From: Lingula anatina | Lineage: Eukaryota > Animalia > Brachiopoda | Length of the DNA stretch: 64,000 nt | Direction: 5' to 3' | NCBI GenBank assembly: GCA_051362555.1 | Contig: CM120644.1 | Coordinates: 25,132,534 to 25,196,533 of the forward strand | In this document: positions 50,901 through 60,058 of the stretch, in pieces | Layout: every line of letters begins with the position of its first letter | Position numbering within the stretch: the first letter of the stretch is position 1 | Position numbers and translations under genes: made by a program | Notes under the pieces: model-generated | The model's database searches: none | What the model was told of the DNA's origin: nothing | The model's input: only the letters and a program-made list of their open reading frames with translations

Positions 50901-53900
50901 AAACCCAACCTGATAATTCACAGATATAATAAACTGAATGTTCACAGCTGGTGTCTCCCCACATAGAAAACAATAGGCTAGACAAACGTATAGCAGCGCA
51001 GGGGCTACTCAAGTCTCCAAGTTCACACTTACATGTACGGTATGTATGTTATCATAGTTGTTGGTAAAATCAATATTATTATAATAACACAAGTTTGTAT
51101 TCATATATTAACAGATTACACTGTTATGTATTAAAAGAGTACATTATCTATAAATCTATAGCTGAAGGTAATATGTGATATTTTTGTTCAAAAATATGTT
51201 CAATATTTCTAAATACGTGGGCAGTTTTGATCCAAGCAGGTCGCTGTCTGGGTTGAGTTGGTGGCGCCACCTGTACACAGGGCCTGTTCACTGGGCACAT
51301 TTGGGTCGTGACATGTACGGTTTCTGGATGTGGTTCCTGTCCCACACAGCACAGAACAATCCTCCCAGGGTCCCCAGGCCAACCAGTTCCCTCCATCTGG
51401 ATAGAGAAATACCGGGTATTAAGATATTGCCAGCTCCTTTCATCTGGATAGTTTTTCCAATAAGTCTAAATCTGTATGAACTGGAGATTGTCGAGAGCAA
51501 AATTCGGACATATACTTGGTATGGACAGTGAATAACATGTGTAAAATACATAAGTATGGTTTGATAAAAACCTTTTAAGACTGTTTCGAGGTTAAATTCA
51601 GACTAAGTAACCACAGCAAGTATGTGACCACAGCAAGTATAATCACACTGCTCAAATTCTGTAATTAGAGAACTTTTGCTGCTTGATGTAGATGCCAAAA
51701 ATCCTCTTTCTTTTGCCAAACAAGAATGAGTAGAAAATGACACTCTTGTACGTAGGACTAAGAATACCATGATGTTACTGGAGGGAGGAGGTCTTGTTCA
51801 TGACATCTGCTGCATTGTCAATTAACAACTGATAAATAAATAATTTCTAAGGTATTCCAGCTTAAACACATATGGAATATGATGCTTATCTTAAAGTGAA
51901 ATATTTTTGGATAAAAATTTTAACAAAAATAGCCAATCATTATCCCAAGGCAATTGTTTATATTGTCTACAAAAGGACTGTGTTTAGGTTTACAAATGCT
52001 AGAGCCAAGTGTAGATTAAAATAATAAATCTTGCTAACATTTAATATTGGCAACCATTAAGTGTTTAAAATTTTAGGAGTTGTCCACCATATTCTTACAT
52101 CCACAGACAGGCGGTGAGCCACTCCAGGTTCCATTGAATAGACAGGTCCTGGTGGTGTCCCCAGAGACCACTTTGTACCCAGGCAGGCAGGTGTAGGTGA
52201 TACTGGCTCCTGCCAGCTTCCCTCCCCATTCTTCAACAACATTTGGAATAGATGGGAATTCACACTCTGGAACAAATATATGATAGAGTCGAGTATTTAG
52301 ATGTAAGCAGAGTTCCTGTGGAAGTGATCTCCTCATGCACTTTGATAATAACATTGTGACAGGCTCAATTTATGCAGGGGCAGATCCACAGATATTTTCT
52401 GACAGTCTTCCATATTATATTTGACGATCCATCCTCCATTTTTTGACCGTCTTCCGACAGAAAAAATTAGATACAGGCTCAATTTATGGTTATATTTGGG
52501 AGTCTGGTAGGGTTGCCTTATACTGTTTCTCAGTGGCAAAAGGAACTATCACCCCATTTCCATAGATTTTTAGATCGATCTATCCCTGTGGGGAGTCTCA
52601 CTAGATTACTGTCAGCTTGGCCGGCTTAAGCGTCTGTCCCGCCTTCTAAAAGCTGTAAGGGGGTAATTAACTATGGTGCCCGCGCGGCTGACTGCAATTT
52701 AGCGTGAACCCCCAGGGAGTTAGGTCGATCTAAAACTTAATCTTTAGATCTATCTAAATCTTTGGGAAAGCACCTTAAGTCCACGATACTGGGTAACAGC
52801 AGTATGTGATCATCTTTGAAAGTCTGTCAAAATATTCCTGTGATTGATTACAATCAGGGTGCTTTCATGTGAAAGAGAAAAAATCTTTGAAAGTCTGTCA
52901 AAATATTCCTATGTGTTCAATTACAATCAGGGTGCTTTCATGTGAAAGAGGATATATCTTTGAAAGTCTGTCAAAATATTTTGTGTTCAATTACAATCAG
53001 GGTGCTTTCATGTGAAAGAGGATATATCTTTGAAAGTCTGTCAAAATATTTTGTGTTCAATTACAATCAGGGTGCTTTCATGTGAAAGAGAAAAAATCTT
53101 TGAAAGTCTGTCAAAATATTTTGTGTTCAATTACAATCAGGGTGCTTTCATGTGAAAGAGGATATATCTTTGAAAGTCTGTCAAAATATTTTGTGTTCAA
53201 TTACAATCAGGGTGCTTTCATGTGAAAGAGGATATATCTTTGAAAGTCTGTCAAAATATTTTGTGTTCAATTACAATCAGGGTGCTTTCATGTGAAATTT
53301 GTCTTATTGCAACAAACAATTATATGTTTCTAAACAATGCTGTGTATTTCCAACTTTTTAATTCTTAGCCAAAAATGATGCTAAAACAGTGCTTGAACCT
53401 GGGAAACAGGCATACCAGTCCATTTTGCAGCTGTACTGTATGGAAAAGAAAGCTCTCAGAACAGTATTTTCATGTTTTGTGGTCATCTCAGGGATTATTT
53501 ACAGCATACATACTAGAGAAAAACAAAAATTGCTCTTCATCACATATTTTGGTGGGTGAGGAAAATGGGTTGTTGTGCATTACTATCGTTTCCGTTTTCA
53601 ACTTCAGTACAAGGTCATTTCCCATACATGTGAACTATACGAAAATTTCAATTTCCGGATTCAAATACCTGAAATACACCGTTTTTAATAAAACAACAAT
53701 GTGTAAGGAAAACCTATCATTTGAGCATGTAATCACAGATGTTATGGCCCAATCAGATTCCCATTCAAATTCCCGTCACCGAAACCATAGCTAGTGTGAA
53801 GTTTCATTTCCCCATTCAGATTTGGCCCTGGGACTTGTAACATAGATAGTGAAGATATCCACTGATGAAGACTGGTCATATGAACACTACATGAGACTTA

Positions 53901-56130
53901 TTAAATTAGCTATACACTGTTCCCACTTCTGTATTGCAACTCATAAAAAATGACATCATGTCATTGCTGTTTAACCGCTGATTCAGGATCGCAGCATGCT
54001 TTGTTAAGTTAACTAGCTGTACTCTTCCCTGAAAATTTTTATGTGTTCAATGTCACATTTTCCCAACTTTATGAATATGGAGCAAAATATGATGCATATT
54101 CTAAGTGGAAAGCGTGCTCACAAGATCAACGCCACATGTTGCCCATATCCAATGTTGTTACCCAGTATTGTGGATGTGCAGATAATTGAAAAACAATTTT
54201 TCCACTCAGAATTGTACGTTGTTAATTATAAAATAACGGTGCTGAGTGAAATAGCTAGAGAAAGATCAACACAATCTTACATGGTTATATAACTCCATAA
54301 GTACAACATAGACATGTATCTTTAGGTATTTTTCATTGAATACATCTAATTATCTAGTTTGAAATCAAACCCTACCTTCTATTTCACAGATATAAGTCCT
54401 TAAATTTGTGCAGCTCAAGTCTCCCCAGGCAGGAAAAAGATGGTAACTCACACGCACTGCAGCACAGTAGTCACCTATTTCTCTATATTCACATGAACAT
54501 ATGTTATCATAGTCATTGCCAATATCCAACTGTGTGCCGTCCTCCCAGACCAGGATGTACTCATTTGATGGTGTTATGAAGCGCTCCAGGCCAATCCAAT
54601 AGTCTCTCATGATTCTTATCAAGGGGGATAACAGAACAGGAGTGAGCATAGAGCATATAAAAAAAGTCATGCAGATAGTGTTATATATACAGGGGGCATA
54701 CATTTTTGTCTGATGCAACATTGGGGGAGAAATTCTGAGGACCCATTTCACCAGGAACATTGCAGTCTACCACTGCTTTTTAGTTGTTAGCACCTTTTGA
54801 CCTTTTACTTCAATATTCATTAAGAATATTTCACTTTCAATGTACTCAAATTTAATATCATTGATCATATCATAAAAAGGTTTTGAAGCAATTTTACACT
54901 TAATCTTGTACAATTTTCACTTAAAGCTGAACTTGTTCTACTGCTGATGCAATATGCAACAAAGAGCTAATTTTAAAAACCTGTTGTTGGCTTACAGTGG
55001 AAAACAAGGGCAATTTGCCTTAAAAGAAAAAAACCAGTCAATGAACATACTTTATTATAGAAACCATTGCATCCTGTAAGGCTGCAGACTTTGGCATGGC
55101 CAGGATTCCTCCCATCTCACGGCACTTTGTCCTGGCCACTTGGAACGTCTGATAATCACTGGACACCTTATAACACCTGTGAACTGAGGGTGTGTAAGTC
55201 CATCCACTGGGGCAGGGAGAGGAGAACACATCATCTGAAGTATAGAATATAACATGAAGGTGATCATAGGTCTACTGAGGGGGAGTGAGTCTATCCACTG
55301 GGGCAGGGAGAGGAGAACACATCATCTGAAGTGCAGAATAACATGAAGGTGATCATAGGTCTACTGAGGGGGAGTGAGTCTATCCACTGGGGCAGGGAGA
55401 GGAGAACACATCATCTGAAGTGCAGAATAACAGGAAGGTGATCATATGGCTGGTTCTGCGGATATAAAACTTGTCAACCAGGAATCTAAGACCTCATTCC
55501 CACAGATTTTAGATCAATCTATCCCTGTGGGGAGTCTCACTAGATTACTGTCACCTTAGCTGGCTTAAGCATCTGTCCCACCTACTAAAAGCTGTAAGGG
55601 GGTAATTAACTGTCGTGCGCACTCAGCTGACTGCAATTCATTGATTTCATATATAGTCTGACATGGTCAGAAGATTCTTTTCTTTAACAAACAAACCTTT
55701 TCTATAATTTTCCTCAAAATACTTTTGAGTTCATCTCACTTGCCTCATAACAAATAAATTAAACCTCACATTCTTTAAAACTCCAAAACATGTAATAAAT
55801 GACATTGATGTGTAGTACTTTTTACTAGAATGTCAACTGAATTTTTCACGTGGATCACTGAGATTTAAAACGATAACAAATGTTCATTTTGTCCAACAAA
55901 TGAATGCTCCTGGGGTGAACAACAATTTTCCCATACTTACCAAATGGTTAATGTATCCATTTTTACATTCAAAGTAAGTCCCTTTTTTATTTTGTTATAA
56001 AAAGTTTTTTTTTAAATAATATCTTAAGAGATTACAAAGTATTATAAAATATAGCCATCAATGGAGGTCACATGGTCCAACGGCAAGTAGAGATATCAGA
56101 TTAATTGCTTTAACTGCCGTTTTTGTGGTA

Positions 56131-56196
<66 letters not shown>

Positions 56197-56643
56197 TTTA
56201 AGGGTTGTTTACAATGTTTTTATTGTGAAATATAGATCTCATATGAAAAGTTGTTATCCCTTTCATTTGAACCAGTAAATAAAATGAAACTGGTGGTTGA
56301 ATGCCTAGTACAATTTAAGCTTAAATGTTCAAGGCACAGACTGGACATGAAATAAAAGGTCTTCAATATAATAATACAGATTTAAATATTAACTGTGAGT
56401 TCTGCTGACATGGTTTGAAGACACTAATGGTATAATCGTTCTGGTAACTTACATGTCAATTTAAAGGAAAAAATAAATATGTACTAGGTAATATTGCTTA
56501 CATGTGTTGATTTAATCAAACAAGAAGGTTTTCCTACCTATGAATACAGCAAGGAGCAAGATCAGAACTACTTTGGTGTGATCAGTGATACAGCTCCACA
56601 AAGAAAGATTTTTCTTCTTGTTAGGTGAGACACTGGTCCACAT
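23846..56643 (-). CDS. Polycystin-1-like (PKD1L/REJ-type) multi-pass membrane protein, 34 exons, ~2987 aa
   Basis: Exons 5'->3': 56643-56538, 55234-55051, 54614-54376, 52266-52099, 51396-51217, 50517-50350, 49500-49321, 49061-48935, 47700-47474, 45302-45087, 44758-44613, 43772-43652, 43413-43331, 40646-40521, 40191-40100, 39293-39188, 38334-38215, 37740-37558, 37378-37228, 36862-36672, 36460-36292, 35966-35860, 35499-35269, 34601-34481, 34327-33825, 32540-29892, 29658-29612, 29173-28999, 28621-28540, 28220-27916, 27203-27035, 26293-26087, 25578-25344, 24695-23846. Total 8964 nt, divisible by 3, all GT-AG and phase-matched. Domains: hydrophobic N-terminus, C-type lectin (CPSGW..WIGL..YICE), Sushi, TSP1, GPS (CLFWDEQKEIWSSEGC..CICHHMTVF), PLAT (TGWRTGAGTTANV..FESGGVDSF..IWHDNSG), FTRTQRLTC, RLRQLRV, WIDQRTRAMFLEFTLYN and the channel TM region. 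Confidence 0.9.
25083..25399 (-). repeat. 66-bp tandem repeat x5 spanning the polycystin exon 33 donor
   Basis: Each unit is the 3' ~55 nt of the exon plus GG|GTAAGTTA; the most distal copy lacks the donor. Confidence 0.9.
26233..26825 (-). repeat. 86-bp tandem repeat x7 spanning the polycystin exon 32 acceptor
   Basis: Unit is ~25 nt of intron plus TTTCAG|ATGTCTGTGATGTG.. exon start; three central copies read TTTCAT instead of TTTCAG. Confidence 0.92.
27354..27780. repeat. 37-bp intronic minisatellite, ~12 copies
   Basis: TCAGTACCTTGAATCTAAAGTTTTTGCAAGATTTCCC repeated inside the intron between exons 30 and 31. Confidence 0.9.
29143..29372 (-). repeat. 71-bp tandem repeat x3 plus a partial copy, spanning the polycystin exon 28 acceptor
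   Basis: CCAGG anchors at 29143, 29214, 29285 and 29356; each full unit carries TCTTCAG|ACTACCATGGTGG. Confidence 0.9.
30312..32430 (-). repeat. Coding 48-bp (16-aa SPRPVRISSEDLTPTV) tandem repeat, ~44 copies, within polycystin exon 26
   Basis: Uninterrupted in-frame array inside ORF 29835-32540, directly after the TM segment GIESGLLMFPVNLLIVLLFR. Confidence 0.93.
32721..33557 (-). mobile_element. Non-autonomous Helentron (HINE-like)
   Basis: AACTAG end, stem-loop ACTGGCT-cttc-AGCCAGT, subterminal inverted repeat AGGATTCCCC ... GGGGAATCCT, and internal TGACCTTGA/TCAAGGTCA motifs. Confidence 0.7.
34822..35135. mobile_element. MITE with TTAA-like ends (Kolobok/piggyBac-type); relatives at ~55880-56265 and in the mirror arm
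   Basis: TTAAAGGGATAATAACTCTTCG ... CGAAGAGTTATTATCCCTCTAA; internal AACAACAATTTTCCCATACTTACC is shared with ~55918. Confidence 0.7.
35490..36147 (-). repeat. Two degenerate acceptor-junction duplications (exon 23: ~80 bp x3 at 35490-35705; exon 22: ~108 bp x2-3 at 35896-36147)
   Basis: 36003-36106 is a diverged copy of the exon 22 5' part plus its acceptor (CAG->TAG). 35573 and 35655 repeat the exon 23 acceptor context GAGA(A/G)ACCTGGA. Confidence 0.7.
38570..39078. repeat. 21-bp intronic minisatellite (GGTTGTTTGGTTGATCTGGAT / ..GATGTAGCT)
   Basis: About 24 units of alternating variants in the intron between exons 16 and 17. Confidence 0.9.
40736..41706. mobile_element. PIF/Harbinger-like non-autonomous element
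   Basis: tta-GGCCACACTTTTTTAATTTTATGGATGACATCCT ... AGGATGTCATCCATAAAAATAAAAAAGTGTGGCC-tta (~34-bp TIR, TTA TSD). Confidence 0.82.
41939..43195 (-). mobile_element. Internally deleted hAT-like element inserted in a (TA)n tract
   Basis: 15-bp TIR CAGTGATTGGGAAGG / CCTTCCCAATCACTG. The remnant ORF contains MPPKK.. and ends ..SYEDALNVWHRRKR, resembling the ends of ZNF862-like hAT transposases. Confidence 0.72.
43997..44667 (-). repeat. 87-bp tandem repeat x8 spanning the polycystin exon 11 donor
   Basis: CCAG|GTATGT donors at 44613, 44526, 44439, 44352, 44265, 44178, 44091 and 44004; units are open in the coding frame. Confidence 0.93.
45262..47350 (-). repeat. 56-bp tandem repeat, ~37 copies, spanning the polycystin exon 10 acceptor and filling nearly the whole intron
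   Basis: Sense unit CATGTGTGTCTGTAG|GTACAAGTCAGTCTGCTGGTACAGTGCTGTCTACATCATGT; the in-frame acceptor is the exon-proximal copy (45302). Confidence 0.94.
47655..48518 (-). repeat. 74-bp tandem repeat, ~12 copies, spanning the polycystin exon 9 acceptor
   Basis: Sense unit ATACTTAATTGTCCAGTTGTTTCTCTAG|GTGTACTGGTCAGTGTAAGCTGTCTGACCCTGGAGCCAAGGTGTCC; a degenerate copy lies at ~48760-48840. Confidence 0.93.
49170..52520 (-). repeat. Tandem duplication of a two-exon Sushi+TSP1 cassette with its introns
   Basis: 49321-49500 resembles 51217-51396 (TSP1) and 50350-50517 resembles 52099-52266 (Sushi). Flanking intron sequence is also homologous. All four exons are phase 1-1. Confidence 0.93.
52553..52775. 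mobile_element. MITE; partial copy at ~55495-55640
   Basis: Imperfect TIRs TTTCCATAGATTTTTAGATCGATCTA / TAGATCTATCTAAATCTTTGGGAAA; internal sequence nearly identical to 55500-55640. Confidence 0.65.
52812..53297. repeat. ~70-bp intronic tandem repeat x7
   Basis: ATCTTTGAAAGTCTGTCAAAATATTTTGTGTTCAATTACAATCAGGGTGCTTTCATGTGAAAGAGGATAT repeated. Confidence 0.9.
55202..55446 (-). repeat. ~90-bp tandem repeat x3 spanning the polycystin exon 2 acceptor; mirrored at 63880-64000
   Basis: ATCCACTGGGGCAGGGAGAGGAGAACACATCATCTGAAG at 55202, 55293 and 55382. Confidence 0.88.
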
Positions 56644-56822
56644 GCTGGCTTCACCGCACTATATCTTAAACTAAAAATATAAAATACCTCTTTTTCTAGT
56701 TGTGTGTTTGTAACATTCAATGGTTAATGGTCTGCAATGGCACCATAATACTACAAAACGCTTTATCTGTAAATTATAACTGATAACTGGTGTCAGCTGA
56801 GCCAACTCCTTCCCGAACATCT

Positions 56823-57413
56823 GGGTGAACGACGACGGGACTCGAGAGGCCACTGTGTCACCCACACTTTGCCGCCGCTGCACCTATGCCTTTTTTAGAT
56901 ACGTTTTACAAATATTTGTGAAGTACACAAGGCTCTCATTAAATTGCTACAAATTATTAGAAGCATTGAAAACAACATCACATTGATAACCTTGCTGTTA
57001 GCTCACTATTTTCATATCTATTTGGCGACCAAAACCACTTAAATTCGTCTGCACTGCGCCTTGTTGGACGTGAATAACGATAGGTGGCAGTGCGAATGAT
57101 GTCAAGAATTTCTTATTAAACTACGTCTTGAAGACATCATTCGCACTGCCACCTATCGTCATTCACGTCCAACAAGGCGCAGTGCAGACGAATTAAAGTG
57201 GTTTTGGTCGCCAAAAATGATATGAAAATGGTGAGCTAACAGCAAGGTCATCAATGTGATGTTGTTTTCAATGCTTCTAATAATTTGTAGCAATTTAACG
57301 AGAACCTTGTGTGCTTCAAATATTTTGTAAAACGTATCTGAAAAAGGCGTAGGTGCAGCGGCGGCAAAGTGTGGGTGAAACAGTGGCCTCTCGAGTCCCG
57401 TCGCCGTCCACCC
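56823..57413. repeat. Near-perfect hairpin, ~285-bp arms (foldback/MITE-like insertion in the left arm)
   Basis: GGGTGAACGACGACGGGACTCGAGAGGCCACTG... pairs with ...CAGTGGCCTCTCGAGTCCCGTCGCCGTCCACCC; loop ~57110-57127; absent from the mirror arm. Confidence 0.85.
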
Positions 57414-57592
57414 TTGCCTCAGTTTTCGGCCTTACAAGCTCACAGTACCCTTACCGCTGGTAAGGCCTCATAGCAGTATGTACAAAAATCTTGAGACACT
57501 TAAGTACCTGAAAGTATCCACGTTCTGACAATCTCTGTGGGGCCTCTGTTGCACCTTGTACAACGTAGTATGTCAATCCAATTAAAAGTGTT

Positions 57593-58161
57593 GGTACTTT
57601 TGTAGCCCCCCCACCCTGTAACTTTCTGTAACTTTCACTTTTCAAACAGTTTTTTACATTTTATTGTTTATCTATGTCAAAGCTGTTGAAATAAAATTCT
57701 TTTGTAATTACCTGTGGACTTTTTATTAGTGTTAATCACGTTTAATCCAGCCCATTGAAATACAAGGTTAGAATCTTCAATTTACACCCGCAGTCAATAA
57801 CTTGCCGCATTTTCGTTGGCTAACTCTAAGGTAATTTTATGTGAACAAGAAGCTCATAATAATTTCACAGAGGAAATCCAAGTATACAATGTACGTATCA
57901 ATCCTAGCTATGTTCACATAAAATAAGGTAGAGTTAGCCAACGAAAACGCAGCAAGTTATTTACTGCAGTTACATTGTAAATTTTCACATTGTATTTCAA
58001 TGGGGTGGATTAAACGTGATTAAAACTAATAAAAAGACCACAGGTAATTACAAAAACATTTTATTTCAACAGCTTTGACATAGGTGCAAAAGACACTATA
58101 AAAAATGTTTGAAAAATGAAGGTTTCAGGAAGTTACAGGGTGGGGGGGTATACTACAAAAG
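57593..58161. repeat. Diverged hairpin, ~265-bp arms (foldback/MITE-like insertion)
   Basis: TTTTGTAG..CCCCCCACCCTGTAACTT.. pairs with ..AAGTTACAGGGTGGGGGG..CTACAAAA. Flanked on both sides by AGTGTT, which occurs once in the mirror arm. Confidence 0.75.
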
Positions 58162-58265
58162 AGTGTTTTCGTGTCCCGCCCTTCAGGCACGAGGTTCATA
58201 AGTTTTGCTCTTTTTTATTTCAGCTTCCTCCTGCACTGACACAACAGCACGCCATACTGTGGAAC

Positions 58266-58798
58266 TGAGAAATTTTATAATTACAGTATTTTATAGCAAT
58301 AAAAATATATTTAAAAATCAGGTATTGTATTATTATGATTTTATTAGTAGTAGTATTATATTTTTGCCCTTGATCAAAATACATACATGAATTAAATTAA
58401 AAGGAAAACTTTTTACTTATTTTTTTTTAAATTTCTTTATTTTAATTTCATTTGAGGAAGAGGTTAAGGTGTACAAAGGCTTTGAAGTCATTTGTGTGAT
58501 GCAAAAATGAAATAAATGACTGGTAACTTTTTTGAGTTCCCAGAGTGAATGACGCCGATTTGTTTTGTGGTTCATTTTTCATTTCCAGTTTTGTATTTTT
58601 TACTTGAGCTGCTTTTTTTTTTTGTCCTCTCCCAGAAGTTTTTGGAACTCCAGAGATGAGCATGTCATACATAAAATAATAAATAAACAAAATAAAGGGC
58701 GAAAATATAATACTACTAATATTTAAAAAAAATAATACAATACGTGATTTTTAAATATTTTTTTATTGCTATAAAATACTATAATTATAAAATTTCTC
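58266..58798. repeat. AT-rich inverted repeat pair (~105-bp arms) in the palindrome spacer
   Basis: TGAGAAATTTTATAATT... (58266-58370) pairs with ...AATTATAAAATTTCTCA (58694-58798). Confidence 0.75.
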
Positions 58799-59320
58799 AA
58801 ATATTTATTCATGTCGGTTTCAAGGCAAAGGTAGGCCAAATTTAACAAGTGCAAATGGATGGCCAAATGCTTGTAATACATTATAAAATGGAGGTCGCCT
58901 ACATGAATCAAACACCATTTTTCACAACTTGTCACCCGAGGGTGCAAAAAGTTTATAAATTGGAAACATGAAACAGATCAACTCCATTTCGAGGTCGACC
59001 TTGAAAAGGTGGCGCCCTTTCCGCGAGAGTTCCACAGTATGGCATGCTGTTGTGTCGGTGCAGGAGGAAGCTGAAATAAAAAAGAGCAAAACTTTATGAA
59101 CCTCGTGCCTGAAGAGACACGAAAACACTTTTAATTAATGGGATTAACATACTACAAGGTTCAACAGAGGACCCACAGAGATTGTCAGAACGTGGATACT
59201 TTCAGGTACTTAAGTGTCTCAAGGTTTTTGTACATGCTGCTATGAGGCCTTAACAGCGGTAAGGGTACCATGAGCTTGTATTACAGTAAGGCCGAATACT
59301 GAGGCAACATTCGCCCAGAT

Positions 59321-59383
59321 ATTCATATATTCATATATGTAATTGTATAACTTCAACCTTCGGGTTGCCATTCTCCATTAAAG

Positions 59384-59428
<45 letters not shown>
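59321..59428 (+). mobile_element. Probable 5'-truncated LINE/SINE 3' end with a (TAT)n tail
   Basis: ..CTTCGGGTTGCCATTCTCCATTAAAG(ATT)n flanked by CAGAT on both sides; absent from the mirror arm. Confidence 0.55.
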
Positions 59429-59516
59429 CAGATGTTCGGGCTCAGCTGACACCAGTTATCAGTTATAATTTACAGATAAAGCGTTTTGTGGTATTATGGT
59501 GCCATTGCAGACCATT

Positions 59517-59971
59517 CAGGGGCGTAACAAGACCTTTAAAAATTATACGCACAGATTTTTTAAAATTCCCAGCAATTAAAATGTAGACTAACGCAAGAGA
59601 TGAAGGGCAGCGTAATTACAGCATATGTACCACACATCGCAGCTTAATTTCCATTAATAATAAAATCAACATTTAGTAAGAAATATTCTCGCAATTAAAA
59701 AAGTTTCAATATTCTTATTACACAGAACGGTATATTTATTTAAAAGGAGGCTAACTTGGCATATGTGGAACCCCCTTCAAATACCCTGGATCCACCTCTG
59801 GGTTGAACTAACATACGGTTTCATTCACCTTACATGTGGATGCATGGCTCCCAAAAACAACCAATTGTAGGATACGACAGAGCTCTGATACATCTAAGTT
59901 TAATTATTTGTTTGTAAAAATTGCCCATGTCACCCTGTTTGTTTGGAGGGGTAAGCTGGGTCAAGTCCCTG
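59517..59971. mobile_element. hAT-like MITE with a 5-bp TSD
   Basis: ccatt-CAGGG ... CCCTG-ccatt; the empty site (single AATGG) is at ~56726-56730 in the mirror arm. Confidence 0.8.
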
Positions 59972-60058
59972 CCATTAACCATTGAATGTTACAAACACAC
60001 AACTAGAAAAAGAGGTATTTTATATTTTTAGTTTAAGATATAGTGCGGTGAAGCCAGC

